Source: an uncultured Actinomycetota bacterium
Lineage (GTDB): Bacteria > Actinomycetota > Actinomycetes > Mycobacteriales > Mycobacteriaceae
NCBI GenBank assembly: GCA_963794785.1
Contig: CAWCFA010000012.1
Span: 609,285-641,284, forward strand
DNA: 32,000 bases
Direction of reading: 5' to 3'
The notes under the pieces were generated by a model that was given only the letters and a program-made list of their open reading frames with translations, searched no databases and was not told the DNA's origin. Below, piece by piece: positions 8,612 through 17,425 of this stretch (its first letter is position 1; each line of letters starts with the position of its first letter). A program made the translations under genes and the position numbers.

Positions 8612-9235
8612 CTAAGCGCTAGGACCCTGACCGCCGAGCCTGTTGACCGCGAATGTCGCGGCCTGATTTGTCATCCCGTCTTCAATGTATGAAACATGCG
8701 CGATGATGTTGCCGCCGCCGGAGCAGATTGGGTCGTCAGGAGCACACAAGCTCAAGACTTTGCCGCTGTAGAGCGGATTGATTGTCGGCAGCGGCTGGCC
8801 GCCGTACAACGTGCTGGAGAACCCGCTGGTCGGCTCGCCGAAAAAGGCGACCGCGGCGACATGGTTGGCCACCGGGGGAGGCATGGCGTTGGTGGCCAGG
8901 TCGATCACGGTCGCGCCCTGGGAATACCCACCCAGCACAATCTTGGTGTTCGGGCAGCTGGCGACGGTGCCCTGGATGTGCGCCGCCGCATCGGCGGAAC
9001 CGGCTGACGAGCTGCCGTGGTAATCGTCGTTCGCTGGGTAGTTCACCGCGTAGACGTCGACGGACCGTCCGCCAAGCTGCGAGGTCAGCGAGTCGACGAA
9101 CGCCTGGCCGATATTGCCGAGACCAGGCTCCTGATGGGTACCGCGGGCGAAGACCACCGCAACGTCAGAGCAGGGGTCGGCGGAAGCCGCGGGAAGGGCG
9201 AGGGGCGCGCTGAACAGCGCCCACATCGCCCACAT
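8612..9235 (-). CDS. Secreted cutinase (Culp/Cut family serine esterase)
   Basis: Contains CSDVAVVFARGTHQEPGLG, the catalytic GYSQG, and CAPDDPICSGG...HVSY. I prefer the ATG at 9235 (MWAMWALFSAPLALPAASA signal-like). The track ORF extends to 9379, so the start is uncertain. Confidence 0.85.
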   Translation of the reverse strand: MWAMWALFSAPLALPAASADPCSDVAVVFARGTHQEPGLGNIGQAFVDSLTSQLGGRSVDVYAVNYPANDDYHGSSSAGSADAAAHIQGTVASCPNTKIVLGGYSQGATVIDLATNAMPPPVANHVAAVAFFGEPTSGFSSTLYGGQPLPTINPLYSGKVLSLCAPDDPICSGGGNIIAHVSYIEDGMTNQAATFAVNRLGGQGPSA

Positions 9236-9450
9236 CCCATCGCCCCAAAAAATACGCCAACGGTGCGGACCATGCTGCGTGGAATCATCCTCAAATGCTG
9301 ACACACTGCCCGCGACGACGGCGCGGGGCACCCTCTGGCAGCTGCGGTGATCTGATGAGATCGACCAGTAAGTTGCCAAACTGAGCCGCGGAGAAGGGGG
9401 TCACGTTAAGCTGTGCGCACAGAATCGGTGACTGACCCGAAGGGGGCGGC

Positions 9451-10798
9451 GTGTCATTTCTGGTCGTGGCTCCCGAATGGGTGGAGTCGGCCACAGCGGA
9501 TCTAGCAAACATCCGTTCGGCACTGGATACCGCGCATCTCGCGGCTGCCGCTCCGACCACCGGGATTGCGGCTGCCGGCGCTGACGAGGTATCGGCGGCG
9601 GTGGCAGCTCTATTCGGCGGCTTCGGTCAGGAATTTCAGGCGCTCAGCGCACAGGCCAGCAGGTTTCACGCCCAGTTTGTGCAGGCACTGAGTACCGCGG
9701 GCGGCTCGTATCTGGCCGCAGAGGCGGCGAACGCGTCGCCATTGCAGACCATCGAGCAGAGCCTCTTGGGCGCCATCAGTACGCCTGCCGCGGCGGCCGG
9801 CTCGCCGTTGCAATCCATCGAGCAGTTCGTCATCGGCGTCATCAACGAGCCCACCATGATCCTGTTCGGGCGTCAGCTGATCAGCACCGGGACGGTGTCC
9901 CTCGGCGGCACGATTACCGGCACTGGGTCAGCAGCGACAGGAAAAACTCCGATCTCGATGTACGCGGGCACCGAGGCGCGGGTGAACGCCTCGGTTGGCA
10001 GCGGTACCCCGGTGCGCCTGCTGGTCGACACCGGATCCACGGGTCTTGTTATCCCGTACCAAAACGTCGGCGGGCTATTCGGAGTACTCCAGCTCGGCTT
10101 ACCCCTCAATATTGGTCTTGGCGGCTACAGCGGGGGAATCGACTATCTTTACGCCACGTATAACGCGCCGGTGAATTTCGGGGGCGGACTCGTCACCTCG
10201 TCCACCCCCGTGAACGTTGAGTTTTTCGCATTCCCGACATCCATCGGGTCCGCGATCAACAACGGCTTCACGTTCCAGTCGTATTTCGCGACCGACGGGG
10301 TAACTGGCGTTCTGGGCGTTGGGCCAAATGCGGGAGGCCCGGGCCCAAGCATTCCGACCCAGGCCTTGGCGTCCCCCTTCAATAAGGGCCTGCTGATCAA
10401 CGAAACCGGGGCTTCGCCCTATCTGCAGTTCAGTGGCACGCCAGCAGCAACAGAAGTGGGCAACCCCATCGCCACGCTTACCGGCGCGCCGATCACCAAC
10501 CTGAACGTGACTGTCACCACAGCGGCGGGACCCAGACTAGCTATACCGACGTTTCCTCGATGCTGGATTCCGGTGGCGTCCAGGGGACCATCCCGTTCAA
10601 CGCGCCGACGGGATCCAGGTTATTGTCACGACCCCAGCAACGGTAACGTCGCTGCTGTACTCGTACATCATGGGCCAGACGTATTCCCCAGCGGTATCAG
10701 CCGGTGTGATGAATACCGGGGCGCTGCTTTTCCACGATCACCCGGTGTATATCAGTTATAGCCCCGGCGGTGTGGGGACGACGATCATCTACCAGTAA
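9451..10798 (+). pseudogene. PE-family protein with C-terminal PecA-type aspartic protease domain, interrupted by two -1 frame changes (or two base-call errors)
   Basis: The N-terminus MSFLVVAPEW...ADEVSAAVAALFGGFGQEFQALSAQASRFHAQFVQAL is a PE domain. The first catalytic motif is LLVDTGSTGLVIP. After ~10525 the sensible reading moves to frame 3 (TQTSYTDVSSMLDSGGVQGTIPFNAP, the second D[ST]G motif). After ~10605 it moves to frame 2 (GIQVIVTTPATVTSLLYSYIMGQTYSP...PVYISYSPGGVGTTIIYQ*), with the stop at 10796-10798. The track ORF tail after 10530 (PRLAIPTFPRCWIPVASRG...) looks out of frame. Confidence 0.75.
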
Positions 10799-10899
10799 TA
10801 CGCCCCAAATACGCCGACTGATTAATCGGTGCGGCCGAGGTATCGCCGCTGCCAACTTTCGCAGAGTGGCCTGTCTGACCGGCGATACACTCTGATGGT

Positions 10900-11136
10900 A
10901 TGGAGTCGGTGACGGTGCGCGAATGGCGCAACAGCGGGGGAGAAGTCTTGCGTCGTGTCGAACGCGGCGAGCGAGTCGTCGTCACCCGCAATGGCATCCC
11001 GGTGGCCGAATTACACCCTGTGCCGCGTCCCAGCGTCGGACCGGCCGAACTCATTCGCCGTCGCAAACACCTCCCTCGGGTTGATACCGCCACATTGCGT
11101 TGCGATATTGACAACCTGATTGACCCATCGCTGTAA
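10900..11136 (+). CDS. Phd/YefM-type (VapB-like) type II antitoxin with no adjacent toxin gene
   Basis: 78 aa. MESVTVREWRNSGGEVLRRVERGERVVVTRNGIPVAELHPV plus the tail LRCDIDNLIDPSL is typical of mycobacterial VapB antitoxins. Only 50 bp separate it from the convergent zwf stop. Confidence 0.7.
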   Translation: MESVTVREWRNSGGEVLRRVERGERVVVTRNGIPVAELHPVPRPSVGPAELIRRRKHLPRVDTATLRCDIDNLIDPSL

Positions 11137-11186
11137 CAGCCGACAGTCCAAGGGATCCCGCGGTTGGAGCTACACCCGGTCGCCCA

Positions 11187-12686
11187 CTAGCTTTTCTTTT
11201 CGCGCCACCCACGCTCGAACGGCAACCGCCACGCGTTCGGCGCGATCAGTTGATGAATGGCGTTAGGGCCCCAGGTGCCGGCTGGGTAGTTCTTGACCGG
11301 CGGCGGGTCGTTCAGCAGTTCCTCCGAACGCTCCCACAACGATTCGATGCCCTCAGCGGTGGTGAACAACGTGTGATCGCCACGCATCGCATCGAGAATG
11401 AGCCGTTCGTAGGCCTCCAGCGCATCAGCAACGGTGTCGATCTCCTGCGAGGAGAACTGCATCGACAATTTGTCGAGCTTCATCCCGGGACCGGGCCGCT
11501 TGCCGTAGAACGACAGCGAAACCTTCGACCTGTCAGCGAGGTCGAACGTGAGGTGATCAGGACCTTGGGCCCCTACCCCCGATCCCGACGGGAACATCGT
11601 TCGGGGAGCCTCTTTGAACGCAATCGAAATGATGCGGATGCCCTCTGCCATCTGCTTGCCGGTGCGAAGGTAGATCGGCACGCCGGCCCAACGCCAGTTG
11701 TCGATACCAACCTTGAGCGCGATGAACGTCTCGGTGTCGGAGTCCTTTGCCACTCCCGGCGTTCCGCGGTACCCGCCGTACTGGCCACGCACCACATCCG
11801 AGCACTTGATCGGCAGCATCGACCGGAACACCTTATTCTTCTCTTCGCTGATGGCCCGCGGCTCGAGTGCCGTCGGCGGTTCCATCACCACGAACGCCAT
11901 CACCTGGAAGAGGTGGGTCACCACCATATCCTTGTAGGCGCCGGTGCTCTCGTAGAAATTCGCCCGCTGATCCAGACCCAGGGTTTCGGGAATATCGATC
12001 TGGATGTGGTCGATGAAGTTGCGGTTCCAGATCGGCTCGAACAGACCGTTGGCGAAACGGAACGCCAGGATGTTTTGGGCCGCCTCCTTGCCCAAGAAAT
12101 GGTCGATCCGAAAGACCTGGGATTCCTCAAACGTTTCGTGGACGTAGTCGTTGAGCGCTATGGCGCTGGCCAAGTCGGTGCCGAACGGCTTCTCCATGAT
12201 GATCCGCGAGCGGTCGACGAGACCAGCCTCGCGCAGCATGGTGATGACGTCGCGCGCCGCTCTCGGAGGGACCGACAGGTAGTGCAGCCGCCGCACGTCC
12301 GGCCCCAGGCCGATTTCGGCTTCGGCCACCGCGGAGGCAAGTACCGCCGGTCCGGCGCCCTGCGGAACGTACCTGAGAACCTTTGCGAAGCTGTCCCATT
12401 GTTCGGGCGTGAGCTTGTGGACACCGAAGGAGTCGATTGCGCTCTTGGCGATTTCCCGGAACTCGTCGTCGGTGTGGTCTTCCAACGACGTCGCGATGAT
12501 TTGGATATCGGGCGCAAGGGAGGACTGCACCAAATAGGCCAGGCCGGGGATCAGCTTGCGTTTGGCCAGATCGCCCGTTGCGCCGAACAGGACGATGACG
12601 TGGGGGTTGACCAACTCCTGGTCGTAGTGACGCGGGCGCGCGTCTGCCGCCGGATACGAGATCGTCTGCGCTTTCTTAGTGGCCAC
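11187..12686 (-). CDS. zwf: Glucose-6-phosphate 1-dehydrogenase
   Basis: Contains VLFGATGDLAKRKLIPGL (NADP site), IDHFLGKE and RIDHFLGKEAAQNILAFRFAN (catalytic block), and DPPPVKNYPAGTWGP at the C-terminus. I prefer the GTG at 12686 (VATKKAQ) preceded by GGAAGGA. The track ORF extends to 12767. Confidence 0.9.
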   Translation of the reverse strand: MATKKAQTISYPAADARPRHYDQELVNPHVIVLFGATGDLAKRKLIPGLAYLVQSSLAPDIQIIATSLEDHTDDEFREIAKSAIDSFGVHKLTPEQWDSFAKVLRYVPQGAGPAVLASAVAEAEIGLGPDVRRLHYLSVPPRAARDVITMLREAGLVDRSRIIMEKPFGTDLASAIALNDYVHETFEESQVFRIDHFLGKEAAQNILAFRFANGLFEPIWNRNFIDHIQIDIPETLGLDQRANFYESTGAYKDMVVTHLFQVMAFVVMEPPTALEPRAISEEKNKVFRSMLPIKCSDVVRGQYGGYRGTPGVAKDSDTETFIALKVGIDNWRWAGVPIYLRTGKQMAEGIRIISIAFKEAPRTMFPSGSGVGAQGPDHLTFDLADRSKVSLSFYGKRPGPGMKLDKLSMQFSSQEIDTVADALEAYERLILDAMRGDHTLFTTAEGIESLWERSEELLNDPPPVKNYPAGTWGPNAIHQLIAPNAWRLPFERGWREKKS

Positions 12687-12878
12687 GCCCGCGATCCTTC
12701 CACCGCCGCGCCCCGTCCGCAGCACAAAGTTGCACTCGTATCGGGACGGCCATCGACAGATGGCCAACTAAGGGCATCCGAAGGTTGCCAAACCAGGGGG
12801 GATTCGCCAGCACATCACCGGCAATTCATCCGCATTACGCCCGCGCCGGGGGTTCCAGGGCGCTGCTACCGTGGCACC

Positions 12879-13181
12879 GTGATCCGTAACGTGGTGCTCG
12901 TAAAGCTGAAGCCGGGCCAGGACCCCGCCGAGGTTGCCGACATTCAGGACGACTTCCGCCGACTCAACTGTCCCGGCACGCTCAACTACACCATCGGCAG
13001 CGATCTTGCTCTGCGCGAGGGGAATTGGAGCTTCGCGATCGTCGCTGACTTCGCCGACGTCGCCGCCTACCGCGCATACGATCTCGACTCCGCACACAAC
13101 CGGGCCCGCGCCAGGCTGGCGCCCCTCGTGGAACAGATCGCTCGGGCCCAGTTCGAGGTTCCGCGGGATCCGTTCCTGTGA
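12879..13181 (+). CDS. Dabb (stress-responsive dimeric alpha/beta-barrel) family protein
   Basis: Own start call at GTG 12879 inside the long shadow ORF 11250..13181: VIRNVVLVKLKPGQDPAEVADIQDDFRRLNCPGTLNYTIGSDL...FAIVADFADVAAYRAYDLDSAH. Its stop overlaps the citE start (GTGA). Confidence 0.75.
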   Translation: MIRNVVLVKLKPGQDPAEVADIQDDFRRLNCPGTLNYTIGSDLALREGNWSFAIVADFADVAAYRAYDLDSAHNRARARLAPLVEQIARAQFEVPRDPFL

Positions 13182-14071
13182 ACGATGCCCCGCCTCCGAC
13201 GCTGCGCCCGCGCCGGTCTGCCCTCTATTTGCCCGGCAACAAGGCCAGGGCGCTGGAGAAGGCGAAAACACTCACGGCGGACATGTTGATTTTCGATCTC
13301 GAGGATGCCGTCGGCCCCGACGCCAAAGCCGAATCAAGGGCGAACGTGTGCGAGGCCATCTCGTCCGGGGGCTACCACCCCCGCGAGATCGTGGTGCGCG
13401 TCAACGGCATGGGCACCGACTGGCACAACGACGATCTTGCCGCCGTGGCGGGCTCGACCGCCGACGGAGTGCTGGTACCGAAGGTCGAGAGTGCCGAACA
13501 GGTTCAATCGCTGGCCACCGTGCTCGACACGCTCGACGCGGCGCCGTCTTTGCGGCTGTGGGTGATGATCGAGACGCCCAGAGCCATTTTGAGAGTTGAG
13601 GAGATCGCCTCGGCCAGCGATCGTTTGGCTGGGCTAGTGGTCGGCACCAACGACCTTGTCAACGATCTACACGGTCTGCATGTGCCCGGACGGGCGCCGG
13701 TGCTGCCCGCGTTGGCACTGGCCATGTTGGGGGCGAGGGCGGCCGGAAAGGCCATCTTGGATGGCGTGTTCAACAACATCACTGACGAAGCCGGCTTTCG
13801 GGCCGAGGCCCGGCAGGGCCGCGAGATGGGTTTCGACGGAAAGACCCTGATCCATCCGTCCCAACTCGCCCCGGCCAACGACGTGTTCGGCCCGTCGGAC
13901 GAGGAGCTAACCGACGCCCGCAAAATCGTCGCGGCTTACGCGCAGGCTCAAATAACAGGGGAGAGCGTCATAACGGTCGACGGTCGCATGATCGAAAGCC
14001 TGCACGTGCGCGACGCCCAGCGGATGCTTGCCCTTGCGGAGCTCATCTCCGAAATGGAATCCGTGTCGTAG
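13178..14071 (+). CDS. citE: HpcH/HpaI aldolase / citrate lyase beta-subunit-like (citryl/malyl-CoA lyase) protein
   Basis: 297 aa. RRSALYLPGNKARALEKAKTLTADMLIFDLEDAV, VVRVN, GVLVPKVESAEQV, MIETPRA and GFDGKTLIHPSQ are CitE-family blocks. Confidence 0.85.
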   Translation: MNDAPPPTLRPRRSALYLPGNKARALEKAKTLTADMLIFDLEDAVGPDAKAESRANVCEAISSGGYHPREIVVRVNGMGTDWHNDDLAAVAGSTADGVLVPKVESAEQVQSLATVLDTLDAAPSLRLWVMIETPRAILRVEEIASASDRLAGLVVGTNDLVNDLHGLHVPGRAPVLPALALAMLGARAAGKAILDGVFNNITDEAGFRAEARQGREMGFDGKTLIHPSQLAPANDVFGPSDEELTDARKIVAAYAQAQITGESVITVDGRMIESLHVRDAQRMLALAELISEMESVS

Positions 14072-14174
14072 CGGCCCAAAGGCGTTGTGCGAGTGTCGGG
14101 GCGGGGATCGATGATTCGAACAGTCCCAGAATGGGTATTGCTCCGACATCGTAGCCGGCGAAGGGACAGCGATC

Positions 14175-14345
14175 ATGCTTATAGAGAGCGGACGTACGCG
14201 GTGCCCCCGGTGTATGGCGTTTAGCGAATACCGATTTGTCGACCGCGGCGACAACACGCTCGAGTACGAGGTTCGATGCGCGTCCTGCGGCAACGTCCAC
14301 TCCGAGGTCACGGCGATTCCGACTCCCGTCACGACGGCTGCCTAG
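14175..14345 (+). CDS. Small (56 aa) zinc-ribbon protein, CxxC...CxxC
   Basis: Below the track threshold, so this is my own translation: MLIESGRTRCPRCMAFSEYRFVDRGDNTLEYEVRCASCGNVHSEVTAIPTPVTTAA*. GAAGGGA lies 7 nt upstream of the ATG and third-position GC bias is reasonable. Confidence 0.45.
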   Translation: MLIESGRTRCPRCMAFSEYRFVDRGDNTLEYEVRCASCGNVHSEVTAIPTPVTTAA

Positions 14346-14453
14346 CCGGACGGGCCTCTCGGGCCGGGCCCAGTGCAGATGCCGGCCTCCCTTTGAACTG
14401 ATGTAGTGAGAACCTGTGGCGCGAAGGCTCGACGAACAGACAGGAATTGCAAC

Positions 14454-14717
14454 ATGACCGAAACTCAGGAACAGCCCAGCCTTCTCCCTTGGGCGCAGTT
14501 CCGTGAAGAGATGCTGACGGCACGCGAAGTCCGACGCAAGGCGGCGATCGACGCGGTGCGGCGATTCGTGGATCACAATCCGATGATCAACCGGCGGCCG
14601 CGGCGCAAGGCCATCATCGAGGCCCGGCTGCAACTCCGCGAGGACCTGGTTTCCGCGCGCTTCCATTTCCGCCGCGCGGTTGTGCGCAACCTGAGCCAAT
14701 TGGTAACCAGTCTGTAG
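14454..14717 (+). CDS. Hypothetical helical protein (87 aa)
   Basis: Track ORF 14406..14717. I prefer the ATG at 14454 (MTETQEQPSLLPWAQFREEML...). Codon bias looks coding. No family recognised. Confidence 0.4.
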   Translation: MTETQEQPSLLPWAQFREEMLTAREVRRKAAIDAVRRFVDHNPMINRRPRRKAIIEARLQLREDLVSARFHFRRAVVRNLSQLVTSL

Positions 14718-14801
14718 GTTTCGGGTAAACCCAGTGGCGGCTGCGGCGGTCACGAATGATTTGCGTGTTGGTATGCAGTTGTTTACGCGGAGTTTGGCCT
14801 T

Positions 14802-14821
14802 AATCGGGCAATTCCCCGATT
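14802..14821. promoter_or_regulatory. Perfect 7-bp inverted repeat AATCGGG-N6-CCCGATT about 100 nt upstream of the DUF732 gene
   Basis: Read directly from the sequence. Its function is unknown. Confidence 0.3.
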
Positions 14822-14919
14822 CACCAATTATCTGAAAGATCATCCTTGGTAGCACGTTTCGCGGCGGGGTAACATCGGACTCCCAAAACAAGTCGGCACG
14901 CAGACAAGGGAGCTGAACA

Positions 14920-15267
14920 ATGGCCGCACATAGGCGTTATGGCCTATTTATGGGCACAGCGCTATTAGGTGGCCCGCTACTGGTCGCCGGTGTCGTCTGC
15001 GCCAGCCCGGCGCAGGCTGACGAGGCCAGCTATCTCAAGGATCTGCACAACTCGGGCATCCAGGACTTCAACGGCGGTGACGCGGCGCTGCTGCAGGTGG
15101 GCTACAAACTGTGCCAACAAATGTCTTACGGCGCTTCGCCCGAGCAGCTAGTGGCCCTCGCGCTGCAACGCTCCAACGGCCAAGAGGGACCCAATGGGCT
15201 CACCCCGGACCAGGCCAACAACCTGATTGCCTACACCGCACAGGATTTGTGCCCGCCAACGCCTTAG
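14920..15267 (+). CDS. DUF732-family secreted protein
   Basis: The signal peptide ends ASPAQA. DEASYLKDLHNSGI...GYKLCQQM...AQDLCP is the typical mycobacterial DUF732 pattern with two Cys. AAGGGAG lies upstream of the ATG. Confidence 0.8.
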   Translation: MAAHRRYGLFMGTALLGGPLLVAGVVCASPAQADEASYLKDLHNSGIQDFNGGDAALLQVGYKLCQQMSYGASPEQLVALALQRSNGQEGPNGLTPDQANNLIAYTAQDLCPPTP

Positions 15268-15275
15268 CCGCCGGC

Positions 15276-15638
15276 TCAATCTTTCGGGACTAGATATGTT
15301 CCGTGACCTTCGATCACCACATTCTCATCCGTGAACCGGAGCACTTCGTTGACTAGGCCACCCGCCTGGTTGCGGTAGTTGATGACGATGGTGTTGATGC
15401 CCCGATAGACGCTCTCGACGGTGAACTCAAGGTCGGGAATGCGCGTGAGTGCGGCGCTCCAATACGCGCGAAGCGCGGCCTTACCGCGAACCACGCCGTC
15501 GTTCTCCGGGAGCACCTCGAGCGCAACCGGGGACGTGAACACGACCTGGTCGTCGAAGTGAACAAGCACAGCTTCCACGTCGTGGGCGTTCCACGCCTTG
15601 ACCCATTCGTGGCTGAATTTGATTGCGTCGAGTTGCAC
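15276..15638 (-). CDS. SnoaL-like / NTF2-fold protein
   Basis: Track ORF 15276..15701. The core FSHEWVKAWNAHDVEAVLVHFDDQVVFTSP...RGKAALRAYW resembles SnoaL-like proteins. The start is uncertain: GTG at 15638 or GTG at 15701 abutting the FKBP stop. Confidence 0.6.
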   Translation of the reverse strand: MQLDAIKFSHEWVKAWNAHDVEAVLVHFDDQVVFTSPVALEVLPENDGVVRGKAALRAYWSAALTRIPDLEFTVESVYRGINTIVINYRNQAGGLVNEVLRFTDENVVIEGHGTYLVPKD

Positions 15639-15701
15639 GACGGCCAGGGTAGGTAACCGATGTGGCGGCAGTCCACGGATTTCCCGCGGGTGCTCCCGCA
15701 C

Positions 15702-16268
15702 TCAGCTCGAAGCGCTGAGGATCTTGATCGCGAAGATGAGCGAGTCGCCGGGCCGGATTCCGGCGCTGGGCTGACCTTCGGGGTAGCCATCCGCGGAGGT
15801 CATTGCGACGGCGACCGTGGACCCGACCGTTTGTCCGGCGATGGCCTTCTGGAAGCCGGTCACGACTCCGGTAAGCGGGAAGTCGACCGCCTCGCCCCGT
15901 TGGTAGCTGCTGTCGAAAACGGACCCGTCACGTCCATTGACGCCCATGTAGCACACCGAAACTTTCGCGATGCTCGACACCACCGGGCCGCTTCCGGCCC
16001 GCAGCGTGTGCACCTGGGTCTGGGTCACACTGAACGGTGTCGTCACGGTCACGCTGGGGGCTGTCGTATCGGTGGATCCGGTGACCGCGACGCTGCCGGT
16101 GGTGCCGGCCAGCGTCCACTCGGGCGTTCCACCATTCTGCGGTGCCGCGGTTGGGCACGAGCCGGCCGCTGTTGCCGTGCCCGATACAGCGAGCGTCGGG
16201 ACGATCGCCGCGACACAGACCGCAAGCGCTACGGCGGAATACACTCGGGAGAACTTCACGGCCGTCAC
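15702..16268 (-). CDS. Secreted (possibly lipoprotein) FKBP-type peptidyl-prolyl cis-trans isomerase
   Basis: N-terminal signal followed by TAAGSC. The C-terminal FDSSYQRGEAVDFPLTGVVTGFQKAIAGQTVGSTVAVAM...GIRPGDSLIFAIKIL matches the FKBP_C pattern. Confidence 0.75.
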   Translation of the reverse strand: MTAVKFSRVYSAVALAVCVAAIVPTLAVSGTATAAGSCPTAAPQNGGTPEWTLAGTTGSVAVTGSTDTTAPSVTVTTPFSVTQTQVHTLRAGSGPVVSSIAKVSVCYMGVNGRDGSVFDSSYQRGEAVDFPLTGVVTGFQKAIAGQTVGSTVAVAMTSADGYPEGQPSAGIRPGDSLIFAIKILSASS

Positions 16269-16471
16269 GCTACAGCCACGTGTTGCGCCCTTTAGCTGGC
16301 AGCCCTGCTCCGGGCGTCAAATCGCGCGATGTCCCGGGGGAGTCGCGTCCTCGTCGAGGCTCACCCGCCAGCTGTGGCCGTCTCGCATGACTTCCTTCAT
16401 GGCTACGGCATGAACCTTGACCTCTGCGACCGGACCCGATTCGATGGGCACACACCACAAGGAGGCCCGTA

Positions 16472-16792
16472 GTGAGGACATTCGTTCGCCATCTTGTCGC
16501 CGTCGTCATGATGGTGTTGGCCTCAATGGGAGCCGTAACGATCGCGACACCGGCGGTGAGCATGGCCGACTGCGCGGGCGGCGAGTGGTGGGACCCGACG
16601 GGCAAGGTCTGCCGGCCGCTCAACGTCGGCCCACAGCCGCTGGCATGTCAGCCGGGCCAGTGGTGGGACCCGACGGCTAACGTATGCCGGCCACTCGGTG
16701 TCGGGCCGCAACCGCTGGCATGCGACAACGGCTGGTGGTGGGACCCGGCCGCCAACGTATGCCGTCCACCACTGGTGCCCCCGGCCGGCTGA
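16472..16792 (+). CDS. Small secreted Cys/Trp-rich protein made of three tandem ~25-aa repeats (C-x4-WWDP-x4-CRP)
   Basis: AAGGAGG lies 6 nt upstream of the GTG. The signal peptide MRTFVRHLVAVVMMVLASMGAVTIATPAVSMA is followed by CAGGEWWDPTGKVCRPLNVGPQPLA / CQPGQWWDPTANVCRPLGVGPQPLA / CDNGWWWDPAANVCRPPLVPPAG. Confidence 0.7.
   Translation: MRTFVRHLVAVVMMVLASMGAVTIATPAVSMADCAGGEWWDPTGKVCRPLNVGPQPLACQPGQWWDPTANVCRPLGVGPQPLACDNGWWWDPAANVCRPPLVPPAG
16571..16789 (+). repeat. In-frame 75-nt tandem repeat, 3 copies (third shortened), encoding the WWDP/CRP units
   Basis: Repeat units are 16571-16645, 16646-16720 and 16721-16789, read directly. Confidence 0.85.
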
Positions 16793-16824
16793 TCCTGCTC
16801 GCCACCAGTTGAGCCAACGGGCAC

Positions 16825-17403
16825 CTAACCCGGCCAGCGCCGGAATAGCTCCCCGGACGCCCACGCCGGCCACGTCGGCGCGCCACTGATCGTGCCCGCA
16901 GTCAGTTGCGCGACAATTCGGGGCCCGTCGAGGCGTGAATTGTCGTAGATCGTTGCGGTGTCGGCGATGTCGATCGCATCAGCAACGAATTGCCATAATC
17001 GGCGGTGCCGTTCGCGGATCTTGACCTCGGGAACGTCGTGGCCACCGTGGAGGACGCGCCGCTGCACGCGCTCGACGGCCAGACCCTCGGGGATCAGCAT
17101 CGCGTGCAGAGCGATGACGTAGCCCACGTCGTGGGCAGAGCGGATCAAGTCCAGCTTTGACGGATGGGAGAAGACGGTCTCGGCGATGAACGACATGCCA
17201 GCCTCGATCAGCCTGGCACGGGTATCTGCTGCGATCCGCGCTGCATCGTAGGCATGCGCGGTTGGATCATCGGGCCAACGCTGCCTTGCGATCTCGTCGG
17301 CGTTGACGAATACGCTGCGCGGCAGTAGCGGCGCCAGCGTGAACGCGATGAATGTCGACTTACCAGCACCGTTCGGGCCGACGACGAGGTCGAGCCGCTT
17401 CAC
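16825..17403 (-). CDS. Zeta-toxin-like P-loop kinase (AAA/zeta toxin family), putative TA toxin
   Basis: 192 aa with Walker A VVGPNGAGKSTF near the N-terminus. Size and layout resemble mycobacterial Rv0366c-type non-canonical PezT/zeta proteins. A small upstream partner gene is present. Confidence 0.7.
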   Translation of the reverse strand: MKRLDLVVGPNGAGKSTFIAFTLAPLLPRSVFVNADEIARQRWPDDPTAHAYDAARIAADTRARLIEAGMSFIAETVFSHPSKLDLIRSAHDVGYVIALHAMLIPEGLAVERVQRRVLHGGHDVPEVKIRERHRRLWQFVADAIDIADTATIYDNSRLDGPRIVAQLTAGTISGAPTWPAWASGELFRRWPG

Positions 17404-17425
17404 CGGCGCCCCGCGCCGTCATCAC

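Noticed and set aside
9236-9379. 48-aa N-terminal extension of the cutinase ORF; likewise 27316..27495 for ctpE, 12687..12767 for zwf, 7811..7894 for the thioredoxin-fold gene, and 28289..28390 for USP
   Set aside because: The extensions are not family-like. Some overlap neighbouring genes. Internal starts with better RBS or signal-peptide context exist. Even so, start sites remain uncertain without experimental data.
12730-12740. TTGCACTCGTA in the zwf/Dabb intergenic region, resembling the TTGCA..ACTCG half-site motif
   Set aside because: It is a single short match far from the repeat cluster and could easily be chance.
16571-16789. Tandem 75-nt repeats as a CRISPR-like or VNTR non-coding array
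   Set aside because: The repeats are in frame inside a signal-peptide-bearing ORF with conserved Cys/Trp positions. There are no unique spacers.
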